This document shows, in pieces, positions 12,836-25,415 of a stretch of DNA of 64,000 nucleotides; the first letter of the stretch is position 1; each line of letters opens with the position of its first letter. Both the position numbers and the translations under genes were made by a program. The DNA is taken from contig OZ316891.1 of NCBI GenBank assembly GCA_973895155.1, positions 2,161,324 through 2,225,323 of the forward strand, read 5' to 3'. The notes beneath the pieces were generated by a model that worked only from the letters and a program-made list of their open reading frames with translations, did not search any database and was not told where the DNA came from. The stretch is from Marsupella aquatica (Eukaryota; Plantae; Marchantiophyta).

Positions 12836-13980
12836 TGTTAGCCAGCCGCCGTTGACAGCCTCTACACTACAGTGTGTGCTGACTCATTCTGGGGATGATG
12901 AAGGCTTATTATGATGATAGTTATTGAGGGATATAGGTTTGTTGGAACTTGAGATTTTCAGCTGGTGCGCATTCTTTTGATTTGCTGTTGGATGGGAGGT
13001 CTGTGGGCTTGAATCTGCCGGCGAACAATCCGTCCTGAGACCCTCAAGTGACGACAGTTTTGGACCTCGAACATTCGTGGGGGGCGATTGCTGCTTTAGA
13101 TTTAATTTCTTCTGCTGTTCATATAGGAGTCTTCTGCTAGTTCCTGGGATGGTAGCCTCGGATGCCCCCCAAGGATTTGGTGACTTCTGCTCTTGGGATC
13201 CAGTACCGGTGAAGAGCCTACTTATGATTTTGTAAATAGATTTGCAGGGCCAGAAGCCCCGGATTATACGTAGGGCGTTGTTCAATTTTACTGGATCAGA
13301 ACCCCAGCTCCTCATTTCCCTAGCAACGGACGTATCCGTGTATCCTTTCTAGCCATAGACAGCTGACGTTTTGTCCTTGCTTCTTGTCCATCCCTTACAC
13401 TCCTGGTAGGAACTTTGGTGCCGATTAGTTGGTTGTTGAGGGTGTCTACACGGAGTTCCGTTCCGGGGTTCCGTTGGACATGACATCGCTAGGCATCTCA
13501 GTTTCTGAGTAGAATATACATATAATGTAATTATGTAACGGTGATACTGCTACTAGCTGTGGTTGTGGTTCGATTCCATATGTACCCATTTCGTGAGTGC
13601 AAGGATTCGCTTTGAATTTGCATTCCTTACTTTCTCCTACATAGACTCCAGGAGTGCTCAGTTACTTTATAAATTTCACGCTCAAGTATTGAGAGGACTC
13701 CCAGGTCTACCTGGCTAGAGTAAGGTCAATGCAAAGCAATCTGGATTCCGAATCAGATGGTAGTGGTTGATTTATTTGTATTCGGGGCATTCCTGTCTTC
13801 CGCTGATAGCCATTTTAGCTGACGGGATTTGTTTGCTATTAAAGTTATCCGTATGTCTCAACCAGGTCAGTTGATCAGCGTAGTCGTTTGGAAGTCTTGA
13901 CTCTTGATTGGGTTTGTAAAATGGCACCCCATTTCCCACAAATCCACTCAGCAAGAATTATTGACGTGTTTAGTATGCTT

Positions 13981-14194
13981 GGATACCTGTGGAGGGGACT
14001 GTCGTTCACCCACATAGCCACTCAGCGTACTTTGCCTCTTCAAGTACCGACATCTTTATTCCCTATGGATTGTTGTGGTGGGGACTCTTGTTCACCCACA
14101 AATCCACTCCTCAGCCTAATTCGCCTCGTCAAGGACCGACGTGCGCCATGTGGATTGTTGTGGAGGGGACTTACGTTCACCCGCAAATCCACTT
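13981..14194. repeat. Degenerate ~85-bp minisatellite (3 units)
   Basis: GGATTGTTGTGGWGGGGACT..GTTCACCCACAAATCCACT starts at 13981, 14067 and 14152; the intervening segments are also homologous. Confidence 0.8.
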
Positions 14195-16726
14195 CCAAGC
14201 TTAATCGTCGTTGACAAGTCTTTCTTGGATCATTGTGGAGTCATGTTCATCATTGAGCAAAGATCCTGGAATTGAACATTCTCTAAAGATGTCGCGTTTC
14301 CCACAAATGCACCGTTCTCAGTTTTTAGTTTCCGCCTGAAATTACAGATGTTCGTCCTAATTGGATTACCATTGTGGAACGGGCTCATTTCCTCCATAGA
14401 ATAAGATTCTCGAGCGTAAAGACCTGTCATAGAGCTTGATCAGGGCCCGGCCTTGATTGATGTCGTGGGTGGTCTTTCGATGGAGCAATCTCGATGAGCC
14501 TTCTAGAAGCCTGTCCTGTGCTGTCCTGCCCTTTCATAGCAAACCGTTCGGGTAGAAGGGAGTCAAATTATTGTTACAGTAGTATGTGCCTCTGCCCGTG
14601 GCCGTGGTGGTACTAATTCGAGCTCTAATCATGCGATTCTTGCCGACGCCCGCGCGCTTTCTGACCAGAAGACAGACACATGCAGTAGTTAATTTCAGTC
14701 ACGTCTTGGCAGCATCATTCTGTTCCTGGTTACTAAGGCGGTTCGACCTTCCAGACAACTAATTTCAACACTTCTAAGCAGGCTGTATTGCGATGCACTA
14801 TACTGTACTGGAATTAGGAGGAGGGCAATGTCCATACATGTATCCCAGTTTTATCATACTGTATGCCGTAGTTTTCTTCCGTACATTCATCCAGTTTCCA
14901 AAGATTTAACGCTCAATGAGGATTTGCACTTTTGGAGCGTATGATCTCGTATATAGCTTCATGTGCAGCTCTGGTGCCTGAAGCTCCGAACGTCCAAATG
15001 GGAGGTGAAGGTGAGTGGATTAGCAGCGCCTAGGTGGGTTTTGTGGAAACTCTCCCAATGCAGCAGATGTCAGCAAAATAAGAGGAGAATGGATTGGCAT
15101 AGCCTTCCAGGTGACCCTGATGGGTCATAATCCTCTCGCAACGCCGCACATCTCACAGCCAGGATGACAAAAAAGTCGTCTGTACATTAAAACGTTTGCT
15201 ACAAAGCAGTCCCCTCACGCGTCGTCTCTCTGATTATGTCAACACCTAATTATCTGCTGGTGCAAGCCACAGATCATAGTTTTATCCAAATTTTGTCCCT
15301 ACCTCCGACATTCTCTAACGACGGATGGATTCTTTGCTCTGCGGGCAAGTCCTTCCTATCAGCTTGCCGTAGTTTGATCATCATTATGATTCTGAAAGCA
15401 AGATTTTGTTTCCGTGCCTTGTAATCAGATACATAGTGCACTGAAAAGTTTCCCCTCTAATCCCGTTTCCCAGCGCCAAGTAGAGCGCAGTACAGTCCTC
15501 TTCAAGCCCACAGTTTGGCCTGTAGTGTCCTTGAAGCATTTTCTATCTCTCCTTGTCGAGCTACGTCAAATCATTGAGTCGGTTGTAGATTGCCTAGCAA
15601 GGCAGAAGAAGACAGACTGCCGTAGCCGTCAGGTAAGTGTCTTGATAAGGTCGTCTAACAGGACATAGGAGTATGTGGTTGTAGTTTCTCCCACTGAAAA
15701 CTCTTACACGCTGCCCCTGTGCTCCCACAAACCAGCTAAGCTACGTTGAATTTCAGTACGGGTAAGCAAGTGGGGATAAAGGACCTTCGACTGGACGTCA
15801 TTTGGTCGTATTGTATGAAAGGTAAGTAAACTCGGGTTCGCACTTCACAGCGTTGATTGATTCAGGCTCTCGAAGTGGAGCCACTAGACTTCTGCATTCT
15901 AACTGGGTTTCCTGGCATTGAGTTAGGTTTGGCATTACTATGGGCCCCAGATGTGAATAACAGCGGTTTGACGCTGGATGGAATCAACATTATCTCGTGA
16001 CTTCTGTCTCGATTATATGATGACAGCCATTGTCGGTTCCACATCTGGCGTAGATTCAACCATAATTCAATCTGATTCTCTTGTTGATTTTATTTTCACA
16101 TTTGAGGTTTGATTACGTGTATCGCGTCATCACAGATTAGACCACTTAATTAGACTTGCTCGAATGATCATACGGGGACTGCGATCGAAGCTGTTGGTCC
16201 TGAGGTAAGACCACTCTCAGCCGCACCTTTCTCCGGCACAATACTGTACTAGCAGGAGGATTTGTCTTAGAGCTTACACCTAGCTAGGGGAGGGACGATC
16301 CGGTAGAATTTTTTGAGGCCGAGGGGGAAAGCACGACTTCAACTGCACGGGATCGCAATCGCAATCGCAATCAATTACAATGATTATTTTAGTGTTACCG
16401 GTGGGGTTTGTCTCTCACATTGGATACCTGCGGTAGTGCTCCCAGATAAGCATATGCAACTGATTTGTGTTGCACAAATCAGTTGCATAGTTAAGAACCT
16501 AATAAGTTGGCACAAGTAAATCCACAGACCTGTACAAACACACCACAGGCCTCATCATGAGAATCTGTTCGTAAGGATGGTACGCAAGTTAATTGCTTCA
16601 TGAGTGATGGTCTGGTCTGGTCTGCGGTGCCTGCATGCCTGAGTACTCGCCTGCTTATCTCTGACGTTGTTTAGTCCCCTTTGTAGATCGTTCACCATAT
16701 TGTACTGTACCCACTTTTTGTTGATG

Positions 16727-16942
16727 AGTTGATAGAAGTACGATGAACTATTGGAATCTCTAGTTGAACGCATTTTATGGTAAATACCGTCTTAGCTCAT
16801 AGCGACATAGCATGAAAGCATCTGCGTTTACCATTTTGTAATTCTGTACTGTGCCCACTTTATTATAATGAGTTGATAAAGTACGATGAATTATTGGAAT
16901 CTCTAGTTGAACGCATTTTATAGTAAATACCTCCATAGCTCA
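16727..16942. repeat. ~143-bp-period tandem duplication
   Basis: AAGTACGATGAAyTATTGGAATCTCTAGTTGAACGCATTTTATrGTAAATACC occurs twice. Confidence 0.85.
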
Positions 16943-19900
16943 TGGTATGAAAGCAGCTGCACGGCCTGCAAGGCAGTTTCCTTGAAATGTCTCAGCTAGA
17001 GGAACGAGTGGAGCACAGAATGTCCAGCACCCAATGGGTAGGGGCGTCTCCTTCGCTTGGAAGCAAGGAGTTTAGTTAGACACCGAGGTCTCTTTGAATA
17101 CATAGCATGAGACTTACACAGCCGAATCTAACCCACAAAGGTACTGTAATGTATGTTAGCTACGGGTCTGGTAATCACCTGCTTCCAATTGATTTGAGGG
17201 TCGCCCAAAGAGTGGTTGGGACTATCCCAAGCCTACAAATTCGTACTCCTCTCAGGCGAAGTTCGATCCGTCGCATATCCATCGCTAACTTTAGCGCACC
17301 TGTGCAACCAGGTTCATCTAGTTCCTGGCCACTTCTAGTCGTTGCAGAAGTTTCGCTGTGTCTGCCTACCCAATATTTGTGTTGCTGGTGGTCCCATCCC
17401 GCGTTTTCGAACTTGCCATTATGATGGCTTCAGGATTCTTGGCGCGAACGCTCCCGACATAGCTACGAAATGATTAAGGCGATGCAGAATTACAGAGTAC
17501 GATATCTGTAGTATGTCTTCCAGTCTTAAGTTATTCTCTGTCCTTCTGCTCTGCCGTAGAACGAGTTTACCACCGAATTAGTTGTATGTACCGTAATTAA
17601 TTAGTTTCCAATCGCTGTGCGTAAAGCGCTGGTTGTTTCGTACCCATGAAGCGTGGTACAGTCTTCCGGATTGGATGGCTCTAAGTCACCAGGGTCCAGA
17701 GGGCTCTGCAAATTCTGTTCTCTTTTGCTGAGTAACTCAGTCATTAATTTAGGTTGAAGCCAAATTAGATCTGACCTCAAGGCTTCTGGCTCCGTGCACT
17801 CATTACGGTACTACCTCTCTCACTGGATGGAGCATAGTCCACCTCTGTTTTTCGTATTGGACAAGTCGTGTTTACTTCTGAATGATGTGATGAGGTCGTC
17901 GAGGTCTAGTTTTGCATGCTTGATAAGCATATGACTCTGTAACTAGCAGGAACTCTTAGTTTTTGAACTCTTAGTTTTTGAACACTTCGGTTACCGTTCT
18001 TAGTTGTGGTGCGTTAATCGTTCCTAACGTTGCGATAGGCTTTCGAGTTCCTCTCACGTGGAGAGATATGTCTGCGGAATTGGGCCATTATAATTTAGTA
18101 CTGAGTACTTCCGTTGCGTTAACTAACAAGCTGCGTCCCGTGGCTGTACCACTCTATTTTTTGTTGTTCACTACGTCGTTCTGTTATGTTCCTTGCGACT
18201 TTTCCAGTAACAACGTATGCACCACCCCAATTGATAATGCGCCTTTGTTTTAGAGAATTTCTGGAAGTTGGTTTAATCATGAGGGTAGTCTGTTATTATG
18301 ACGTTGGATCCCACTCCCGTTTTCCCGGTGGTGGAAGATCCGATCACTTGAAAGAATCAACAGGAAACTGACAAAGAAATCGTTTACTCTAATTGGGATG
18401 AAGTAAGGAGTAGTATTTATTGCAAGTAATTCATTGCTATAGAAATTTGAGTCCTTTCCTAATTCTGATCATTCAAAAGTAGAAGAGAAGTTTAACATGG
18501 TGGGGAGGGTCCTTCCTCTATCCCATCGGAGCCTGACATAGGTCTTGCTCAATGATCTTGCTTTTCTGAACTTTTATTTGATTGTGTTTTACTGTAGCTG
18601 GAATAGAGTGACCCAACCCACACTGAAAATTCTAGGCTCCAGCTCCTTCAGCTTGGGCCTGAATTGGTGGCCGTATCTAGATTCAAGCTTAGGAATGCAC
18701 GCCGAGCAGACTCGTAGTACAGCCTGAGGGACGCAACTTTTCAGCTATGTCCACCGCACATACTCGTGGCGTTGGAGAACAGGTCCTTTAGCTCTCCTGT
18801 CGTTTTGTTGTTGTTGTTCCGCCTTGAAAATCCAGCTTCGTAACCATAATGGAGAGTAATTTAGGTCCTAAAGCTCGCCTCTCTTCTACCTCACAAGATG
18901 CACTGATGAGTAGTTTTTCATCCCTCCATGTCTTGAACGACAATTTTTGGCCATCTTCATAGCATTGGGACTGGGCTTGAAGAGTCCCAACACTTGCTCA
19001 AGACAGATTGGAGAGATTCTAATAGTCAAAATCATGCTGATTCATGTTTATTGTTTTAGTAAGCATTGAATTGAATTCTTTGAGCCAGGTAGGCCAGTTT
19101 GTAGAGCCTTGGGACTCATGCTTGACACAAGTTGTAAGCTTTTGTGGTTCCTAGTATTTTTTGAGGCTTTCCATCCAGGGTCAAGAGTTGAGTGCTTCCA
19201 AGATGGGCGTCTGATGAGGACTCTGACCCTCATTATTCCCTTCCAATACTCCAGCATTTTAGGAGGGATATATGAAAATGGGCATTTGCCTTGTAAGGGC
19301 ATTTGTACGACTCAGGACGATAGGCAGTCCGTTGCAATTTAGTTGTAACAAGGTGATGATTTTCTTCGTAGAAACCCAGTTCAAATGCCTTTCTACATCC
19401 ATCTTGCCTTACTCCATCCATCTTGATACACCATGGAGATAGTATATGCACCTCTATTTGGGCACGACGGACATAATTAACAGATACATAGCCGTGATGG
19501 AGAAGACGGGGGGATGCGAATATGCTTCTTCTGCCTTCATGGGATATCCATCGTTATGAAAGGCTTTGCATGTTGTACGCATGTAGTAAATGCAATTGAC
19601 GTCATACCGATATCGTACGTCGAAAGCATTCTGTCCGAACAAATCAAATCTGTGTTTTCAGAAGTTAGACTCATTACGGGTGCCAGACCAAGGGACTACG
19701 TAGTACGTGTTCTCTGAATATGTGCAGACAAAGTGAGAACTCAGTTCCGGCTGTAGACTCCTTCAAGATTGATCATACCCTTGGACCTCCTGACAAAGTC
19801 GCACCTTGACTGATGAGAGTCACGCCAGGATGCTTTTGCTTGAAAGGCAGGTCTCTCTCTTGATATTCTGTTCTTGCAGCTGGATTGAATATGGAAGGCT

Positions 19901-20533
19901 CTTTAGGATTTGTAGCTGACCTGTTTCACTCCAGTCATTGAAGCTGACGTGAGGCAGTAAAGACGGTCCTAGTTGTTTAGTTGGGTGTTCGAATTCGGAA
20001 TTCGTAGGAGAGAACGCCAACGAGTCTGTTCCCGACGCTGCAATTCTTGGTAGTGCGTAGCTCGGTAAACATTTGCCCTTGGCATTGCTGCGAAATATTG
20101 TCGTAATCAATTGGGTCGATCAATTTGTGAAGCTTCCACTTTTTAAGGATTTTCTCATGCGAACTTCCGCTTCTCCTACCGGTCATTGAGGATTTTAATA
20201 GCAGAGCGAGGGTACTGTGGAGGACTTCGGTGTTGGTTATCTTGGGTGATATTGAAGATTGGAATGAAGCTGCCAGGTTCTGTTTGCTGCTCTCCTGTAT
20301 AAGTTAGAAGCTTTGGGACAAACTTTAGTAGTTACTAGGGATTTATCTTTTGTCCAGCCCTTTCACAAAAGTAAGGTTATGGTTTTCTGTAGCCATGTGT
20401 AGATCCTTAGATATCTGGTGAGTGCACTGGTGGTCATAGAAGCTGAAGGTCGAGGCCGTTTTCATCACATGTACATCTCATAGGCTTTGATCGATAGACA
20501 CCTTTCTAACGAAAAATTGCTTTGCATACACAG

Positions 20534-21611
20534 AGACGGGGCTGGTGGTGGTGGTGGTGGTGGAGGTGGTGGCGGGGGTGGTGGTAAGAAAGAAGGCGGT
20601 GGCGGTGGCGGCGGTGGTGGCGGTGGTGGTGGCGGGGGTGGTGCCAAGAAAGAAGGTGGTGGTGGTGGTGGTGGAGGAGGAGGAGGAGGAGGAGGAGGAG
20701 GTGGAGGAGGAGGTGGCGGAGGGGGTGGTGGCGGTGGAGGGAAGAAAGAAGAGAAAAAGTAAGTATGCGGCTAGTTATTCATGTAGAAGCTCAAAGTGCG
20801 TGCAATGACAATCTCCTCTTTTATTTTGAGTAAACCTGCTTCTAACGAAATGGAATTGCATACAGAGATCCTGGTGGTGGTGGTGGCGGTGGTGGTGGAG
20901 GTGGCGGTGGCGGTAAGAAAGACGAGAAAAAGGAAGAGAAGAAAGACGTAGGTTGAGGGCCATTGTGTCCATTGTGACAAATGTCGTTTTGGCATATCAT
21001 TGGAATACACGAATTGGAATTTTTGGCATCAATGTTTGCTTTTGCTATGACCTGCGGTCCCCCATAAAGCGAAAGTTAACGCCTGCTTTTGGACAATGCA
21101 GGGACCTCCACCTCCAATTGAGTTGAAGGTGACAATCTGCTGTGAAGGATGTGTTTTGAGGGTGTACAGTGCGCTCAAGAATGTTGATGGTGAGCAATCA
21201 CGTAAATTTTAAATAAGCAGTCATAGAATTCCTGGGATTCCTCATCTATAAGATAAGTGCTGTCTTCGAACACCTCAAGCGATTTACACTTGTGATCCTG
21301 GTCGCAGTTCAAGTCGTTGAAGTGGTTGTGGAAATGTTCGTAATGAATGAATCGAGTCACAAGTAGTAATTGTGTAATTGCTAGCCTTTTGGGCCACGGC
21401 AGATTGCTCAGTCGCTGTTGAAGCAATACCCACAATAACTGTGGCAATAACAATTTGTTTGAAATGATTTGGTGCAGATGTTACTGAAGTTAATGTGAAC
21501 CCTACTACCGGGAAAATTACAGTCACTGGAAAAGCGAAGCCTGAAAAAGTCTTAAAGGCAGTGAAAAAGGTGAAACCAGGAGCAGAACTGATTGCTGGAA
21601 AGAAAAAGTAA
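20534..21611 (+). CDS. Gly-rich HMA-domain protein (HPP type), paralogue of gene 1; first coding exon not resolved
   Basis: Exons 20534-20758 (poly-Gly/KKE), 20866-20947 (DPG15KKDEKKEEKKD-like), 21102-21189 (GPPPPIELKVTICCEGCVLRVYSALKNVD) and 21478-21611 (VTEVNVNPTTGKITVTGKAKPEKVLKAVKKVKP...KKK*). GT-AG introns with phases 2, 0, 1; same phase-1 intron in the HMA domain as gene 1. Confidence 0.8.
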
Positions 21612-23936
21612 CCGATTCTCATTTCACCCGGGAGGAGCGTAAGAATGAGCACAAGGTCAACTGGTTTGGGACCACTGCTGTGTGAATACCTAAACTGGCT
21701 CATACCCTTTGTTCCGGCAAACTCAAGTGGATGGTAGGCGTGAAGCAGATCACTGTGTTGCACATATCTGGAAAAGCTGTTGGATTCCCTGCGAAAGGAA
21801 AGCGGTTCAGGCTCTCCATCAATGTAGACGTCGCTCAATTGTCCATGCAGCCGGAATCACAGCAGCACAGATTTTATGGTCCGTCGCCCATCCGACCTAT
21901 CCCAAATTCACAGTAGAAACGAGGCATTCCCGAATTTTCAGTAACCATGGGGCCCTTGAGGTTGTCAGATAATCTGCAAATTTGAGGCCTACCCAGCTGC
22001 CCACGAGAATTTCACTCCAGTTTTGACGAGTTCATGTTGATTCATGATCACTAGAATGCAACTTTTGCTGAATAGTCGTCTGGGCTACTTATAATTTTAC
22101 CAGGAGCCCCCATCTTCTAGGAAGGTTAGACAACCTTCAAGTGCTCCTCAGAATTTTACTTCACATGACCTCGTGTTCCGATCACGCCTTGTTAAGAGAA
22201 GCGAAACAGACAGGGCCAGTTTTGTAAATGTCACGCAGAAGTCCTACCTCCTAGTCCACCAGCCTCGTGTCAACTCTTCCTGTTTCTATAACAAATCATG
22301 TATTGGATGCATGCTGTCTTAAACCATGGATGTGGCGGTATTCGCCCTCGCTGGTCCCTTGGAGTGTTTGATAGGAAGCCTTAAGACACTGTACCGCTGC
22401 TGAACTGTACACCTTTCAACAGGATTGTACCAGAAACAACCTCTGTTTCTGAGAGTGCTGCCCCGTATTTTCTTTTCCTTTTATCATGGCATGTTCAGCA
22501 AGCATGCCATGAGTGCTTTCCAGGTCGCCCTATGGTGTAACCTTTCGAATGCAACCTGAAGGTGATAGGCTCAGCGTTTCCGTTGGTTCTAAGTATCAAG
22601 CAGACAGTACCCCCCAAGGACTAGGGAGCTCAGTCTTAAAATTTTGACCGCATAGTGGCTGCTGATACTATTCCATGTACTGTTGAGGAAAGAACTTCAA
22701 ATACCATGCAGCCATTTAGGTTTTTACTAAGGCATTGATAGCGTTGTTGATTTAGGAAATGTGGTGATGAGCTCATGGATATCTACAGTGCTTTACTCAC
22801 GATGTGGAAGAATGCATAGGAATCTTCAACCACATCTACTGTTGTTCGAAATAGATGGTAGGAGCTGCTTATGAGTTGCAACCATACTTCAATAGGAACA
22901 ATTCAAATAAAGCCTCGTGGATTCAGAAAATACAAGGAGGTGCATGATTTATCTCTCTAGATGTCTAATTGTACAGCTCTCTCATTTTTTTCTCGACGAG
23001 CCGATGCAGTTGTCTATCCCTCAAAGATTTCTAGCACTTACCTCTGGCATATTGTCCTCTGAATCTGAGTGTTCATTTCGAATTGTTGTCCAAGTTATGA
23101 CGACTGATAATAGCGCTTTCTAGAGTTGGTGGCATATTTGTATTGCTCTCTCATATTCAACTATTCTTTTGAGACTTCAATATATCTGACTCATTTGATA
23201 AACAGTGAATTTCGTTGTATTGGACTAGAGAATGTGATATCCATCGTGACACACGACTAAGACGACCCAGTTCAATGAAAGATGGCTCAATTTTATTGTA
23301 TCCAAAGAATCAATTGTGCAACATTTGACCTCAAAATTGATTGTTTCGAGCTTCTTGACTTCATCATTTTACCCAATTTGATTTTGTGTCTGATTTAACT
23401 TCTATTTACACGGCCGATCGTTTCTCCTGTCTGGCTTTCCGATTAGATTTTATAGAGTTGGAACTCAGCTACACAATTTTCTTGTGCTTGAGGCAGATTG
23501 CGTGACATCCTCACGCTGTGCAACCGAAGTTGAAATGATATTCTTTACGGGGGTGCCCCACGAAATCACCCCGAGTAAAGCTTGCGGTACACTCTTCGGC
23601 AGAACAATGAATTGTAACGATATCAAATTAATGCGATTTGACCATAAATTACATCAAGAATGACGCTTGACGAATAGGAACTGCAACAACAATGTATGCA
23701 CATAGTTCACTTCTACATTGTTGTTTATGCATCAACTGAATTCCTCACATCTCACTACATATCATTTACATATGGACACCATCTGAATTCTCAAGTCGTG
23801 TTCACAGGCGAAAAACACTGCCAGCTTTGTCAAGAACATTACACAAAGCGTTTTCAAAGTTATACCAAACAGACTTTCTGTTCCGCGCAGAAACCTAGGC
23901 ATCCATAGAGTTTTGCGGGACTAATTGTTTTTGAGC

Positions 23937-25415
23937 TTAGAAGTACCCGAAGGGATTCAAGCCGGGATTAAAGGAAGAGAGCAGCCACAAATTGTCCCAC
24001 GTAGAACTTCCAAGGGGAGGACCAGTGAGCAAACTCCACTCATCAGCGAGTGGGTCGTATTCAAGCAGTCGATCGCGTTTACCTTTCTCCCGGAATGTTA
24101 TGCAGTTACCATCACTGACTGGTGGAGCATAAATCTTCCCCACCTTGAGATCAGCAGGGGGGCCATCAGCCAATTCCAATAAGCTTAGCGCCTCGAGATC
24201 AATCTTGAAAACAATAATCTCATCATTTGTGTGCTCCCGCTCAGCAGAAGAAAGTGGATCAGCACTACTTAAAACGACGAAATGGAGATTAGCATTGCAA
24301 ACCACGAGGTACATAATCGGATTATTATAGATCTCTTCAGCAAATCTTGGGTAGTCTAACTCCAGCACCTTCAAAGTCTCTCCCTCCACGTCGATGGCCA
24401 GGAGGTAGACAGTGTCACCACTCCAGGGCCACTTCAGCACATAGAGTACGCCATCGAGAAACGCATGTTGCTCACCCTGTGGATCTTGCGGCTCACCACA
24501 CACGTGGTCGTACACCAATGAATCTTCCTTGGAAGCGACAAACCTCTTGACACTCCAAGCATTTGATTTGCAATCGTAGACATTTGCCCAACAATAAGTG
24601 CAGTTACGCAAGTAATCAGTAGCAACCTCTCCTCCATAGAACTCCCCAAAAAACAGGATTAGCGTGCCTCAAGAGGTGTCACTTACTAACTTGTGATAGA
24701 CTGCGTCACTTAGACCTCTTTTCGGACAAGGTGGCAAGCGTTTCCAGTTCCGGGTCAAGATGTTGGCAATGTAAAGTTCGTCCTTGCTGTAACTCAAAAA
24801 CAATATAGCTCCTTTTCCTTCTATCTGCAAATGTATTGTATCCCGTGAACTGTTGGGAAGAAAAGAAAGCCCTGGTAACCTTTGCCAAACGTGCGATACT
24901 CTGCTGTAAGCGAAGGAAGTCTCCTTGCCAATACAAATGGGGTAGAACGTGTCCCAACTGTTGGAAAACTCACGGACTTGCTTCTGGAAAGAGATTCCAA
25001 GGTGCTGTCTGGCTCGAGGTGAAATTAACGAGAATCTGGCCAGCCAAGCTTTTGAGAGGCCTCGAAATTTGAACAGAGATGGAAATGACACTCTCGATAC
25101 AATCTTCTCCACCAGGTGCTCTGGTAAGGCCGTACTCTCATCTGCCCCCTCCAGATTAATACGCTTGCCGCGACCAAATGAAACAGTGATCTCTTCGTCA
25201 CCCGTTCTGACCTCCATCTTAACACATTTGTCGTGATGAAACGAAACCAAGTGTTCTGGTAAAGCCTTACTCTCCTCTTCTCCCTTCATTTTGATAGGTT
25301 TGTCGCTACCGAACGAAGCAATGACCGTTTCGCCCTCCACTCTGACCGCCATGTTGATCCGTTTGTCGTGACGATAGGAAACGATGACCTCTTCTCCATT
25401 CATCCTCACCTCCAT
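23937..25415 (-). pseudogene. F-box protein with C-terminal kelch-like/beta-propeller region; one in-frame TGA at 24669-24671
   Basis: ORFs 24669..25415 and 23937..24611 share one frame. F-box motif LPEHLVEKIVSRVSFPSLFKFRGLSKAW; ANILTRNWKRLPP, VYDCKSNAW, FLDGVLYVL, EYDPLADEWSLL and FNPGL are typical of plant F-box proteins. Confidence 0.8.

Noticed and set aside
13981-14194. CRISPR-like repeat-spacer array
   Set aside because: The spacers are homologous to each other (GCCTCxTCAAGxACCGAC), the repeats are degenerate, there are no cas genes and the context is eukaryotic. It is a minisatellite.
20395-20417. ATG...TG|GTGAGT as first exon of HMA gene 2
   Set aside because: Splicing to 20534 creates TGA at the junction, so the start remains unresolved.
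20465-21010. Poly-Pro, poly-His, poly-Thr and poly-Val/Glu ORFs
   Set aside because: Antisense or alternative-frame shadows of the poly-Gly exons.
21284-21838. 184-aa - strand ORF
   Set aside because: Antisense to the last HMA exon; no recognisable domain.
24669-24671. Selenocysteine or programmed readthrough at the F-box TGA
   Set aside because: Land plants lack Sec machinery and no readthrough context is evident.
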